Source of the DNA: Vulcanimicrobiota bacterium
Lineage (GTDB): Bacteria > Vulcanimicrobiota > Vulcanimicrobiia > Vulcanimicrobiales > Vulcanimicrobiaceae
Assembly: GCA_963733295.1 (NCBI GenBank)
Contig: CAVTCS010000003.1
Span: 64,001-128,000 of the forward strand
Length of the DNA stretch: 64,000 nucleotides
Reading direction: 5' to 3'
The notes under the pieces are model-generated. The model was not told the DNA's origin. It saw nothing but the letters and a program-made list of their open reading frames with translations, and ran no database searches. This document shows positions 31,128 to 40,314 of the stretch, one piece after another. Numbering within the stretch: position 1 is the first letter of the stretch; each line of letters starts with the position of its first letter. A program made the translations under genes and the position numbers.

Positions 31128-32424
31128 TGGAGTTGCCCATCAAGCCGGACACGCAACGGGTGATGAATTGGCTCCGATGAATTCCCGTGGGGAAAGCGTC
31201 GAAGCGCCTTGTGCGGCGCATTGTCGTTGTAATCTTCAAACCAGGAATTGATGTTCGCGAGAACCGTTGAGCATGGGACAGGGATTGCAGCGAACATAGT
31301 CACGCTTGAACGTCTTTACGAACGCCTCGGCATGCCGTTCGATTCGGGACTGCGGACGGGGGTGAAGCATGTGCGAAGGGCAAGCTGTTGAGCGAACGAG
31401 CGCGTTTCTTGGCCCGGTAGTTGCTGCCGTTGTCCGTGAGCATTCGATCGCATGCGGAACCTTGTAAGCGCAAAGCGACGCTCGACCGCCAGCAACATGA
31501 CGTCGCGAACGATTTCGCCGGAGAAACCTCCGTGCCGGCACCCAGCGATGGCTTCCCGATCGCACGTATCGAGCGCGAAGGTGACGCGAACGACCTCTGC
31601 GTTCCAACAGCGAATCTCGAAACCGTCCGAACACCAGCGCGTGTTCGATCGAAGCGTTTGCACCACGCCATCGTGAGCACGATCGATCCGCTCACCGGTG
31701 CACTTTTGCAGCAGCAGCCCCTGCCCACGCATGAGCCGGAAAATACGCTTGTGGTTGACACCGGCTCTCCAGCCTTGCGTAATCGGCGGTTGAGCCGGGC
31801 GGTAATGCGACGATAACCGTATGCAGGACGTTCGCCGATCAACTCAAGGACGAGTGGCACCAAACGTTGATCGTCGGCCTTCATGTAGGTGCCACGAGAC
31901 TTGTGTTCCGCATTATCAAGGCGCTCGATAAGGCTCGAGCGGGCGATCTCAAAGGTCTCGGCCACCGTCTTCACGGCGAATCGTCCGGTGGCAGCGACGG
32001 CAAACGCAAGATCAGTTTTTTTTCGTGGGCGAGTTGGACGGCTTCACGCAGAATCTCAACCTCGAGGGTCTTCTTGCCAAGAACCCGCTGCAGTTCGCGG
32101 ATCTGCTTCTTGAGATCCCGAACCTCAGCAGCACTGACGACCTCGTCGTCAGCTCCAATGGCTTCGCGACTACCCTCGGCCATGCGGCGTCTCCAGTGGA
32201 ACAGCTGACTGGGAGCTATCCCATGGATTCGGGCGACGTGCGAGACCGACATTCCCGGCCGGTTCGACTCCTCGACCAGCTGCAGTTTCTGCTCGACGGT
32301 GAAACGGCGTCGACGTTCGACGCTTGTGATGACGTGGACGTGATCGTTCGACATAGTCCTACTCATAGGCGTATGCCTATGCCTTCAGGTCATGTCGCGT
32401 GTCCGGTTGAAAACGGGGTGTCCA
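31128..32424 (-). mobile_element. IS2-like (IS3 family) insertion sequence with 5-bp target-site duplication TCCGT; orfA intact, orfB frameshifted
   Basis: Terminal IRs TGGACACCCC.. / TGGAGTTGCCC.. each with internal CCGGACAC; TCCGT at 31123-31127 and 32425-32429; orfB RWCSDGFE, LTDNGSNY, SPESNG, FVKTFKRDYV. Confidence 0.9.
31971..32366 (-). CDS. IS2-type transposase OrfA
   Basis: RRRRFTVEQK...VARIHGIAPSQLFHWRR...ELQRVLGKKTLEVEIL...HEKK with an A-run frameshift site. Confidence 0.88.
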   Translation of the reverse strand: MSRTMSNDHVHVITSVERRRRFTVEQKLQLVEESNRPGMSVSHVARIHGIAPSQLFHWRRRMAEGSREAIGADDEVVSAAEVRDLKKQIRELQRVLGKKTLEVEILREAVQLAHEKKLILRLPSLPPDDSP

Positions 32425-32427
32425 TCC

Positions 32428-32798
32428 GTCGTCCGGCGAGCCGAAGACGATAGATCGAGCGGCCTCGATCCAAGCACGAGTTGGGTACATTCTCGTAGGC
32501 GTGCTAAGACCGGATGGCTGAGGATCGCATGGATCGAGCGACCCTCGATGTCGAGCACGAATTTCGTACATTCTCGTAACCGTGCCCCCAAGACCGGATG
32601 GTTGAGATAGGCCAGCGCTTCGCCCGCGGAGGTAATCGCGAAACTGCGCGCCATCTCGCTGCGACCGAGACCGGCGAGCTGAGGGAAAACGAACCACATC
32701 CAATGCGTTCGTTTGACGCCGGCACGTAGCTCTTCCAGCACCGAGCGATACACCGGCCGCTGCGCGTCGACGAAACGTTCGAGCTGATAGGACGTCAC
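32428..32798 (-). pseudogene. N-terminal part of a DUF1810 family gene, with an internal imperfect ~75 bp duplication
   Basis: LERFVDAQ, GVKRTHWMWFVFPQLAGLG, YLNHPVLGARLRECT; ends ...FGSPDD at the insertion junction. Confidence 0.85.
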
Positions 32799-32802
32799 GG
32801 TG

Positions 32803-33600
32803 TTATAGCTGTCGCGCCAACGCGAACTGCGTGTGAACCGGCGTAAACCGCGCCGCTTCGAAGGCCTTTTCGCATGCGCTGCCGCGTGGAACGTTATGTG
32901 CTACGACCCGCTCGCTGCCTTGCAGTATGTCTTCGATCAGGACTTCCAGAGCATGCGGTTCCCCGTTCGCGAGGTATACGATTGCCTCGTCGTCGCGACG
33001 TCCAAAGAGCGCAAACGCGTCAGGTCGTTCCGGGTCACCGGCGACGCATGCCAGCAGACCGTCTATTTGCCCGATCGACGCAAGACTATTTTGCCAGGTT
33101 GTTCCTGGCGGCTCGGTAACGCGGTTTGCCAGTTCCGGTGAGAATTCGAGTGCACTGCTTCGATCGCCGGTCGCGCGCCCGGCGCGTTCAAAGGACCTGA
33201 GTTCTCGAGTCTTCTCGAAACCGGCCCCCGCGTAGACCGCGCGCGCCGCGAGGTTCTGTTCGAGAACCTCGAGTTCGACGTGCGTCGCGCCGCCCTCGCG
33301 CGCTTGCGCTACGACCTCGCTGAAGAATCCGTGCGACAGACCCTGCCCGCGAAAGGTCGCCGCCACACCGAAGGCTCCGACCCAGGCGTGCCTTTCGCGG
33401 AACGCGAGCAAGGCGACAGCGACGTGTTCCCGGCCGCTTAGCCAGAGCGAGGAGCGATCGAGATCGACGTCGTGGCGCGAGAGAAACGACGCGAGGCCGG
33501 CTTCACTGAAGCGAACTTCGGCAGGGTATCCGGCGTAAGCGTGCTCGAGCGCGTCGACCGTCGTCTTCAGATCGACTGAAGCTATCGAGACTCTTCTGAA
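32803..33600 (-). CDS. GNAT family N-acetyltransferase (start uncertain)
   Basis: FGVAATFRGQG, LEVLEQN..A..VY...GF; frame stays open upstream of the 33411 start to ~33621. Confidence 0.75.
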   Translation of the reverse strand, partial: FRRVSIASVDLKTTVDALEHAYAGYPAEVRFSEAGLASFLSRHDVDLDRSSLWLSGREHVAVALLAFRERHAWVGAFGVAATFRGQGLSHGFFSEVVAQAREGGATHVELEVLEQNLAARAVYAGAGFEKTRELRSFERAGRATGDRSSALEFSPELANRVTEPPGTTWQNSLASIGQIDGLLACVAGDPERPDAFALFGRRDDEAIVYLANGEPHALEVLIEDILQGSERVVAHNVPRGSACEKAFEAARFTPVHTQFALARQL

Positions 33601-33731
33601 CGCGGCCGTAAGCTGACGCTTTCATGACGTGGCCCGGAGTAGGTCGGGCCTACTACTTGAGCCCGGCTCTTCACCTTCCCCTCCGGTGGGGCGAACCGGA
33701 ATCTTCTGCGCGATGGGGTAAGCTTTAGGCT

Positions 33732-34475
33732 ATGAAGACGCTCGTGGCTTTCGACCTGGACGGGACGCTGGCGGAAAGCAAGTCCGCGATCGACGACGAG
33801 ATGGCCGGACTCTTATCCAAGCTTCTCGCCGTCGTAAACGTAGCGGTCATCTCGGGTGGCGCCTGGCCGCAGTTTCAGACGCAGGTGATCGCGCGACTTC
33901 CGAGCGACGCGGACCTCATCAGGCTCTCGATCCTCCCGACGTGCGGCACGAAGTTCATGCAATACAAAGACGGCTGGCAGACGCTCTACTCCGAAGATTT
34001 CACCGATGCGCAGAAGCAGAAGATCGAGAGCGCGCTGCAAGCCGCGGTCAATGCGTCGGGCTTCCACATCGACAAAATCTGGGGCGAACAAATCGAGGAC
34101 CGCGGAAGTCAGATCACCTTCTCCGCACTCGGGCAACAAGCGCCGCTCGACGCGAAGAAGACCTGGGACCCTGACTTTTCCAAACGTCAGAAGATCAAGG
34201 CGCTCCTCGACGTCTCGATTCCCGAGTTTTCCGTCCAGCTCGGCGGCACGACCTCGGTCGACGTGACGCTTCCCGGGATCGATAAGGCCTACGGCATTCG
34301 AAAGATGCGCGATATTCTCGGTATTCCGATCGCGCAGATGCTCTATGCCGGCGATGCTCTGTTTCCCGGCGGCAACGACTATCCGGTCCGGACGACCGGC
34401 GCCGATTGCATCCAAGTCCGCGACCCCAACGAAACCAAGCGCGTGATCGAAACGGTCGTGGCCTGCCTGAAGTGA
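33732..34475 (+). CDS. HAD-IIB family hydrolase (eukaryotic phosphomannomutase-like)
   Basis: FDLDGTL, ISGG, EDRGSQITFSALGQ, GIDKAYG, GDALFPGGND. Confidence 0.88.
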   Translation: MKTLVAFDLDGTLAESKSAIDDEMAGLLSKLLAVVNVAVISGGAWPQFQTQVIARLPSDADLIRLSILPTCGTKFMQYKDGWQTLYSEDFTDAQKQKIESALQAAVNASGFHIDKIWGEQIEDRGSQITFSALGQQAPLDAKKTWDPDFSKRQKIKALLDVSIPEFSVQLGGTTSVDVTLPGIDKAYGIRKMRDILGIPIAQMLYAGDALFPGGNDYPVRTTGADCIQVRDPNETKRVIETVVACLK

Positions 34476-34479
34476 GGCG

Positions 34480-35877
34480 CTAAACCGAGGTCAGCGTCGG
34501 GCGCCGCGTCTGGAAGTCGGTGCGAGCTTGATATTCGCGCGCGATGAAGGTGAGTTTCGCTTCGCAAAACGGGCGGCCGATCAGCGACATTCCGGTCGGT
34601 AATCCGTTCTCGCCGAAGCCGTTGGGGAAGCCGATCGCAGGTACGCCGGTGAGGTTGCCCGCGGAGATCGGGTCGACGACTCCCGGATATTTCGGGTACG
34701 CCTTGTCGAACGGGAGATCGATCGGATACGCGACCGTCGGAAGCGTCGGCGTCGCGATCGCATCGTACGGAGCGAAAGCCTTTTCGAAGGCCGCAAGCAT
34801 GCGCGTGCGCTGACGTTGCGCGTCGACATAATCGACCGCGAGCGTCGCGTACGCTTCGTAGCCCCCAACCCGATCGGAAGGCGAACGAAGCTCCTGCGCG
34901 CGCCCGCTTTCGATCAGCTCGCGGAACGCAGCGGCTCCCTCGCCATTGACGATCGTGCCGACGGCAGCGCCGTAGGGGAGATCCGGAAGCGCGACGTCGG
35001 GCTCGATGTCGCAAAATTCGGCGAGCACCTTGAGCGCCAGCTCGAAGTTGGTCTTCACGGCCGGCATCGACTTCTGCGTCGACTTCGCCATGACCGCAAT
35101 CCGCGGGCGCCGTCGCGGCGCCGGAAAGGGTGCGTCGACCGTCGTCGGATCGTTTGGATCCACCCCGGCGATTGCGCGCAGAACGGCCTCGGTGTCGCTT
35201 GCCGAACGCGCCATCGGCCCGATCTTGTCGAGCGTCCAGCAGAGCGCCATCGCACCGTGACGGCTCACGCGTCCATAGGTCGGCCGGAGTCCGGTGATCC
35301 CGCAACTCGTCGATGGAAACAGAATCGAGCCCGAGGTTTCCGAGCCGAGTGCGAAGCCGACGAGCCCCGCGGCCGTCGCGGCACCGGAGCCGCTCGACGA
35401 GCCGCCGCTCCAAAACTTGCGATTCCACGGAGTTCGCCCCGGCCCGGTGAACGAAGCGTCCGCCTCGTTGTAGCCGAAGCCGCCGGCGAGCTCGACCATC
35501 GCGAGTTTCGCGAGCAAGACCGCGCCGGCCGCGGTCAATTTCGAAATCGCGGTCGCATCGTAGTCGAAACGCTGTTTTCGATACGGCTCGGCGCCCCACG
35601 TCGTCGGCGCTCCAATCGCCGCGAGCAAATCCTTCGCGCCGTAGGGAATGCCATGCAGTGCGCCGCGCACTTTGCCGGCGGCGCGTTCACGGTCGGCCCG
35701 CTTAGCTTCTCCGCGGGCACGTTCGGGCATCAGCGTGACGACCGCGTTGTAAGCGGGTCCGTATTTCTCTAAGCGTGCCAGGTACAGTTCGGTCAATTCG
35801 AGCGAGGAAACCGACTTTCGCGTCATCAGGCGCTGCAGCGTCGAGACCGGGGCGAAAGCGAGATCGTCGTCGCTCAT
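34480..35877 (-). CDS. Amidase signature family protein
   Basis: GALHGIPYGAKD, GGSSSGS, GSETSGSI, RPTYGRVSR. Confidence 0.9.
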   Translation of the reverse strand: MSDDDLAFAPVSTLQRLMTRKSVSSLELTELYLARLEKYGPAYNAVVTLMPERARGEAKRADRERAAGKVRGALHGIPYGAKDLLAAIGAPTTWGAEPYRKQRFDYDATAISKLTAAGAVLLAKLAMVELAGGFGYNEADASFTGPGRTPWNRKFWSGGSSSGSGAATAAGLVGFALGSETSGSILFPSTSCGITGLRPTYGRVSRHGAMALCWTLDKIGPMARSASDTEAVLRAIAGVDPNDPTTVDAPFPAPRRRPRIAVMAKSTQKSMPAVKTNFELALKVLAEFCDIEPDVALPDLPYGAAVGTIVNGEGAAAFRELIESGRAQELRSPSDRVGGYEAYATLAVDYVDAQRQRTRMLAAFEKAFAPYDAIATPTLPTVAYPIDLPFDKAYPKYPGVVDPISAGNLTGVPAIGFPNGFGENGLPTGMSLIGRPFCEAKLTFIAREYQARTDFQTRRPTLTSV

Positions 35878-36182
35878 GCGCGTTCGAGCGAGAAGATCGT
35901 TACGGGTCCCTCGCCGTTCTGCAGCCGGTGCTTGGGGGGATCGAGTGCGGCGCTCGCTTTCGCGTTGTCGTCGATGTTCTTCGCGATGATCGCAATCTGG
36001 TCGTCGGTGAGCTTCGGATCGAAGCGCCGCATCGCGAGCGCCGTGGCGAGCGCCGGCGCCGATGGTTTGGGGCTTTCGCTCGGTACCGGCGAGGGCGTGT
36101 CGGCGGCGCGGGCAGCCGCGGACAACGCGAGGGCGGCCCCGGTCACTCCGACCGCTGAAAGAAAAGTGCTACGCTTCGCCAT
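35874..36182 (-). CDS. Small exported protein with Tat-like signal, probable amidase partner (GatC-like position)
   Basis: KRSTFL + hydrophobic stretch + ARA; C-terminal LQNGEGPVTIF; stop overlaps the amidase start. Confidence 0.55.
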   Translation of the reverse strand: MAKRSTFLSAVGVTGAALALSAAARAADTPSPVPSESPKPSAPALATALAMRRFDPKLTDDQIAIIAKNIDDNAKASAALDPPKHRLQNGEGPVTIFSLERA

Positions 36183-36278
36183 GCGAAGTGCTTTCTCGCG
36201 CTTTCGCGAAACGTACCTTTCTGGCCGGGCAATTTTTGTGTAAAATCGGGTAAGGCTGCGGCGGCCGCGCTACAACGG

Positions 36279-36857
36279 GTGAATGACGATGACGATTCCG
36301 GGCTTCGTTTCATGAAGAGCCAGGCTTTCGGCTCGGGCGCCGGTGCGGTGACCGCGCTCCGTCCGGACCTCGCCGCGCCGCCGCCGGCTCTGGTTGAGGT
36401 CGCGTTCACCGTTAACGGCGAGGGGGTCAAGCTCTCCGTCGATCCGCGCACGACCTTGCTCGAAACGCTCCGCGAGACGCTCGACTTGACGGGTACGAAG
36501 AAGGGCTGCGACCACGGTCAGTGCGGCGCGTGCACCGTTCACGTTAACGGGCGGCGCATCAATTCGTGCCTCTCGCTTACGGCAATGCATGACGGCGACG
36601 CGATCACCACCGTCGAGGGGCTCGGTGCGCCCGGCGCCCTGCACCCGATGCAAGCCGCATTTCTGCAACACGACGGGTACCAGTGCGGCTACTGTACGCC
36701 CGGACAGCTCATGTCGGCAACGGCCCTACTCGACGAACCCTGCGGTCCCTCGGACGCCGATGTGGCGGAGTGCATGAGCGGGAACATCTGCCGTTGCGGC
36801 GCCTACCAGAATATCGTGGCTGCCGTGCAGTCCGTTCGCAAGCAAAGCAAGCCGTGA
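36279..36857 (+). CDS. paoA: Aldehyde oxidoreductase/xanthine dehydrogenase 2Fe-2S subunit (PaoA/YagT-like)
   Basis: TGTKKGCDHGQCGACT, QCGYCTPGQ, GNICRCG. Confidence 0.85.
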   Translation: MNDDDDSGLRFMKSQAFGSGAGAVTALRPDLAAPPPALVEVAFTVNGEGVKLSVDPRTTLLETLRETLDLTGTKKGCDHGQCGACTVHVNGRRINSCLSLTAMHDGDAITTVEGLGAPGALHPMQAAFLQHDGYQCGYCTPGQLMSATALLDEPCGPSDADVAECMSGNICRCGAYQNIVAAVQSVRKQSKP

Positions 36858-37834
36858 AGGCGTTCAGTTTTTCGCGAGCGGAGACGGTCGAAGACGCGTT
36901 GCGCGCATCGAACGGAGGCGCGACGTTCGTCGCAGGCGGCACGACGCTGATCGACTTGATGAAGCTCGACGTCGAAATGCCGCGGAAGGTCGTCGACATC
37001 AATCGGCTTCCGTTGGGCGGAATTTCGCGTACGGCGGACGGCGGCCTACGAATTGGAGCGCTCGCGAGGAACTCCGACGTCGCGCATCATTCCGACGTCG
37101 CCCGCGACTATCGGGTGCTTTCCGAGGCGCTTCTCGCGGGCGCATCGGCACAGCTGCGGAACATGGCCTCCACCGGCGGGAATCTCTTGCAGCGAACGCG
37201 CTGCGTCTATTTTCGCGACACCGCATACGCTTGCAACAAGCGCGCGCCGGGAAGCGGCTGTTCGGCGATCGGCGGGTTCAACCGTAACCTTGCGATTCTT
37301 GGTACGAGCGAGCACTGCATCGCGTCGAATCCTTCGGACCAAAACGTCGCCTTGGCGGCACTCGAAGCGACGGTGCAGATCGACGGCGCGCGCGGCGAGC
37401 GAAGCGTACGGCTCGCCGATTTCTTTCTGATGCCCGGCAATACACCCGAGCGCGAAACCGTTCTCGAACCGGGTGAACTGATTACCTCGGTAACGCTGCC
37501 CCCGCCCGTCCGTGGCTCGAAATCGACCTACCTGAAACTACGCGACCGCGCGTCATATGAATTCGCCCTCGTTTCGGCGGCGGTCGTAGTGACGGTCGAG
37601 GGAGGCTCGATCCGGCGCGCGCGCATCGCGCTGGGCGGCATCGGCACGAAGCCTTGGCGCAGCCTCGATGCAGAGGTTGCGTTGGAAGGCAAGTCCGCGT
37701 CGCCCGAAAATTTTGCGCACGCCGCGCAGATCGTCTTGCGCGATGCGAAGCCACAGGCCCAAAACGGCTTCAAGGTCGAACTCGCGAAGCGCTGCCTCAT
37801 CGGGGCGCTGACGCTCGTAACGAAGGTTGAGTAG
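36854..37834 (+). CDS. paoB: FAD-binding subunit (PaoB/YagS-like)
   Basis: AGGTTLIDLMK, GAS.QLRNMASTGGNLLQRTRC.YF, CNKR.PG.GC, KLRDRASYEFA; GTG start 36854. Confidence 0.88.
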   Translation: MKAFSFSRAETVEDALRASNGGATFVAGGTTLIDLMKLDVEMPRKVVDINRLPLGGISRTADGGLRIGALARNSDVAHHSDVARDYRVLSEALLAGASAQLRNMASTGGNLLQRTRCVYFRDTAYACNKRAPGSGCSAIGGFNRNLAILGTSEHCIASNPSDQNVALAALEATVQIDGARGERSVRLADFFLMPGNTPERETVLEPGELITSVTLPPPVRGSKSTYLKLRDRASYEFALVSAAVVVTVEGGSIRRARIALGGIGTKPWRSLDAEVALEGKSASPENFAHAAQIVLRDAKPQAQNGFKVELAKRCLIGALTLVTKVE

Positions 37835-37840
37835 GACCGC

Positions 37841-40027
37841 ATGAGCGTCATCGGTCAATCGCTGCCACGCATCGACGGCCCGCTGAAACTGACGGGAGCC
37901 GCGAAATATTCGTCGGACCACAACTTCGAGGACATGGTCTACGCCGTCGCGGTCGGCAGCACGATCGCGAACGGCCGCGTTGCCTCGCTCGACGTCGCTG
38001 ATGCCCGTGCGATGCCGGGCGTCGTCGAGATCTTCCATCGCGGCAACATCGGCAAGCTCTACAAGCCATCGCCGGGAGCGGGTGCGATCGACGAAGCGCG
38101 CCCGGCGTTTGCCGACGATACGATTCGTTATTACGGTCAATACGTCGCGCTCGTCGTCGCGGAAACGTTCGAAGAGGCGGTGGCCGCTGCAGCTTGCGTC
38201 AGGGTGATCTACGCCGCTGTCGATCCGCCCGCGGTTTCGCTGGAACTCTCGCCGCACGACGAACCCCAGGAGCAGAGCCGGCGCGGCGATCCGGAAGGGG
38301 CTTTCGATGGCGCGCCGGTCAAGATCGACTATACGTACGTCACGCCGGTCGAGACGCACAGCGCCATCGAGTTGCACGCCTCCGTCGCGCTTTCCGACGG
38401 AGACCAGTTCACTTTGTACGAGACGACGCAAGCGGTCGTCAACAGCCGCAACGTCCTCAGCGAGATCCTCAGAGTTCGCCGCGAGGACGTCCGCGTCATC
38501 ACGAAATTCCTCGGCTCGGGCTTCGGCGGGAAACTCTGGCCCTGGCCGCATGCAGCGCTTGCCGCCGCGGCCGCCCGGGATCTCGGTCGTCCGGTAAAAC
38601 TCGTTCTTAGCCGCAAACAGAACTTCGAATCGGCCGGTCACCGCGCGCGAACGCAGCAACGCGTGCGCTTGGGCGCCGAACGCGACGGTACGCTCGTCTC
38701 GTTACTGCACGAGTACGTCAACCAGCGCAGCTTCCGTGACGAGTACGACGAAAGCTGCGGCGAAGCGACGCCCTACTTCTACGGCACGCCCAACCTGCTC
38801 GTCGCGGGCGCGCAAGCGAAGCAACACGTCGGTGCTCCGACCGCCATGCGCGGGCCCGGTGCCGTTCCGGGTCTTTTCGCGACGGAGTCGGCCTACGACG
38901 AACTGGCCGTCGCACTCGGCGTGGACCCGGTGCAACTCCGCCTCAAGAACGAGCCCGAGAACGATCAGTCGCTCGACATTCCGTTCTCCTCGCGCCACTA
39001 CGTCGAGTGTCTGACCCTCGGTGCGGAAAAATTCGGCTGGCCGCAGCGCACGCCGGCCGTGGGTTCGATGCGCAGAGACGGCACGATCCTCGGCTGGGGG
39101 ATGGCCGGCTGTTCTTGGCTGGCCGCGCGCTTCAACGCGGAAGCACGTGTCGAACTGCACGCCGACGGTTCGGCGTTCGTCGGCATCGCGACGCAGGACA
39201 TCGGCACCGGCACCTACACCGTTCTCGCCCAGCTCGTCGCCGAGGTGACGGGCGTTCCGCTCGAACGCGTCATCGTCGAGCTCGGCGATACGCGCTTACC
39301 GCCGGGCCCGACTTCGGGCGGCTCGATGGTAACGGCCTCGGTCATTCCGGCGGTGCTGCAGGCCGCGCGCGTCGCGATGAAGTCCGCAATTTCGCTGGCG
39401 ACGTCGGGTCCCGGCGCGCCTTTCGCGGGACGCGAAGCGGACGATCTCGAGTTCAGCGGCGGACGCATCTTCCCGAAAGACGGGTCCGACGCCGGCGTTC
39501 CGTTCGAGCGCGTCCTCGAGAGCGCTTCGGTTGCGCTCGTCTCGGGTTCGGGTAAGGGAGTACGCTCGTTTGGGGCAGAGGATCCCACTCACTCGGCATA
39601 CTCGTACGGATCGCACTTCGTCGAAGTCGCGTGGCAACCCGAGATCGCGCGCTTGCGAGTGAACCGGATCGTGACGGTCATCGACGCTGGAAAGATCCTC
39701 AACCCACGCAGCGCCCGAAATCAGGTCGAAGGTGCGCTGGTCATGGGAGTCGGCATGGCGTTGTTCGAGCAGACGGTGTACGATCCGCGCTCGGGCGCGC
39801 CGATCAACAGCAATCTCGCCGACTACATGGTCGCGACGAACGCCGATACGCCGCGCATGGACGTGACGTTCCTCGACTATCCCGACACGTATTTGAACGA
39901 ACTCGGCGCGCGCGGCGTCGGGGAAATCGGCCTCGCCGGCATCGCGTCGGCAATCACGTCAGCGGTCTACCACGCCACCGGCGTGCGCGTACGCGAGCTG
40001 CCGGTCGAGATCGAGAAGCTGCTCTAG
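37841..40027 (+). CDS. paoC: Molybdopterin-binding subunit (PaoC/YagR-like)
   Basis: RIDGPLKLTG.AKY, GSGFGGK, AMRGPG, DIGTGTYT, SGGS, GARGVGEIG. Confidence 0.88.
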   Translation: MSVIGQSLPRIDGPLKLTGAAKYSSDHNFEDMVYAVAVGSTIANGRVASLDVADARAMPGVVEIFHRGNIGKLYKPSPGAGAIDEARPAFADDTIRYYGQYVALVVAETFEEAVAAAACVRVIYAAVDPPAVSLELSPHDEPQEQSRRGDPEGAFDGAPVKIDYTYVTPVETHSAIELHASVALSDGDQFTLYETTQAVVNSRNVLSEILRVRREDVRVITKFLGSGFGGKLWPWPHAALAAAAARDLGRPVKLVLSRKQNFESAGHRARTQQRVRLGAERDGTLVSLLHEYVNQRSFRDEYDESCGEATPYFYGTPNLLVAGAQAKQHVGAPTAMRGPGAVPGLFATESAYDELAVALGVDPVQLRLKNEPENDQSLDIPFSSRHYVECLTLGAEKFGWPQRTPAVGSMRRDGTILGWGMAGCSWLAARFNAEARVELHADGSAFVGIATQDIGTGTYTVLAQLVAEVTGVPLERVIVELGDTRLPPGPTSGGSMVTASVIPAVLQAARVAMKSAISLATSGPGAPFAGREADDLEFSGGRIFPKDGSDAGVPFERVLESASVALVSGSGKGVRSFGAEDPTHSAYSYGSHFVEVAWQPEIARLRVNRIVTVIDAGKILNPRSARNQVEGALVMGVGMALFEQTVYDPRSGAPINSNLADYMVATNADTPRMDVTFLDYPDTYLNELGARGVGEIGLAGIASAITSAVYHATGVRVRELPVEIEKLL

Positions 40028-40296
40028 GAGCGCGCGAACCGCTCGGCGGCCCGGGCCTTCGCTCGCGCTGCCCATTCCGCGCGGTCGCGCGGCGAGGCGG
40101 TGGTGACGAGCGAGTCGATGAGCCGGCGTGCGACCTCGGCGACGTCGTCGACCGCGGCGTTGAAGGTTGCCTCGTTGGCGTGCGAAGGTTTGGCGAACCC
40201 GGACAGTTTGCGCACGAACTGGATCGAAGCGGCTCGGACCTCGTCGTCGCTGGCCGGTGGCTCAAAGTTGAAGAGGGTGCGGATATTGCGGCACAT
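40024..40296 (-). CDS. DUF2277 family protein
   Basis: MCRNIRTLFNFEPPA.DDEVRAA.IQFVRKLSGF. Confidence 0.85.
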   Translation of the reverse strand: MCRNIRTLFNFEPPASDDEVRAASIQFVRKLSGFAKPSHANEATFNAAVDDVAEVARRLIDSLVTTASPRDRAEWAARAKARAAERFARS

Positions 40297-40314
40297 CCCC
40301 GGATTATACGACGG

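Noticed and set aside
24800..32424. Composite transposon bounded by IS3 elements
   Set aside because: The flanking IS elements are different types, and the right one has its own target duplication, so it inserted independently.
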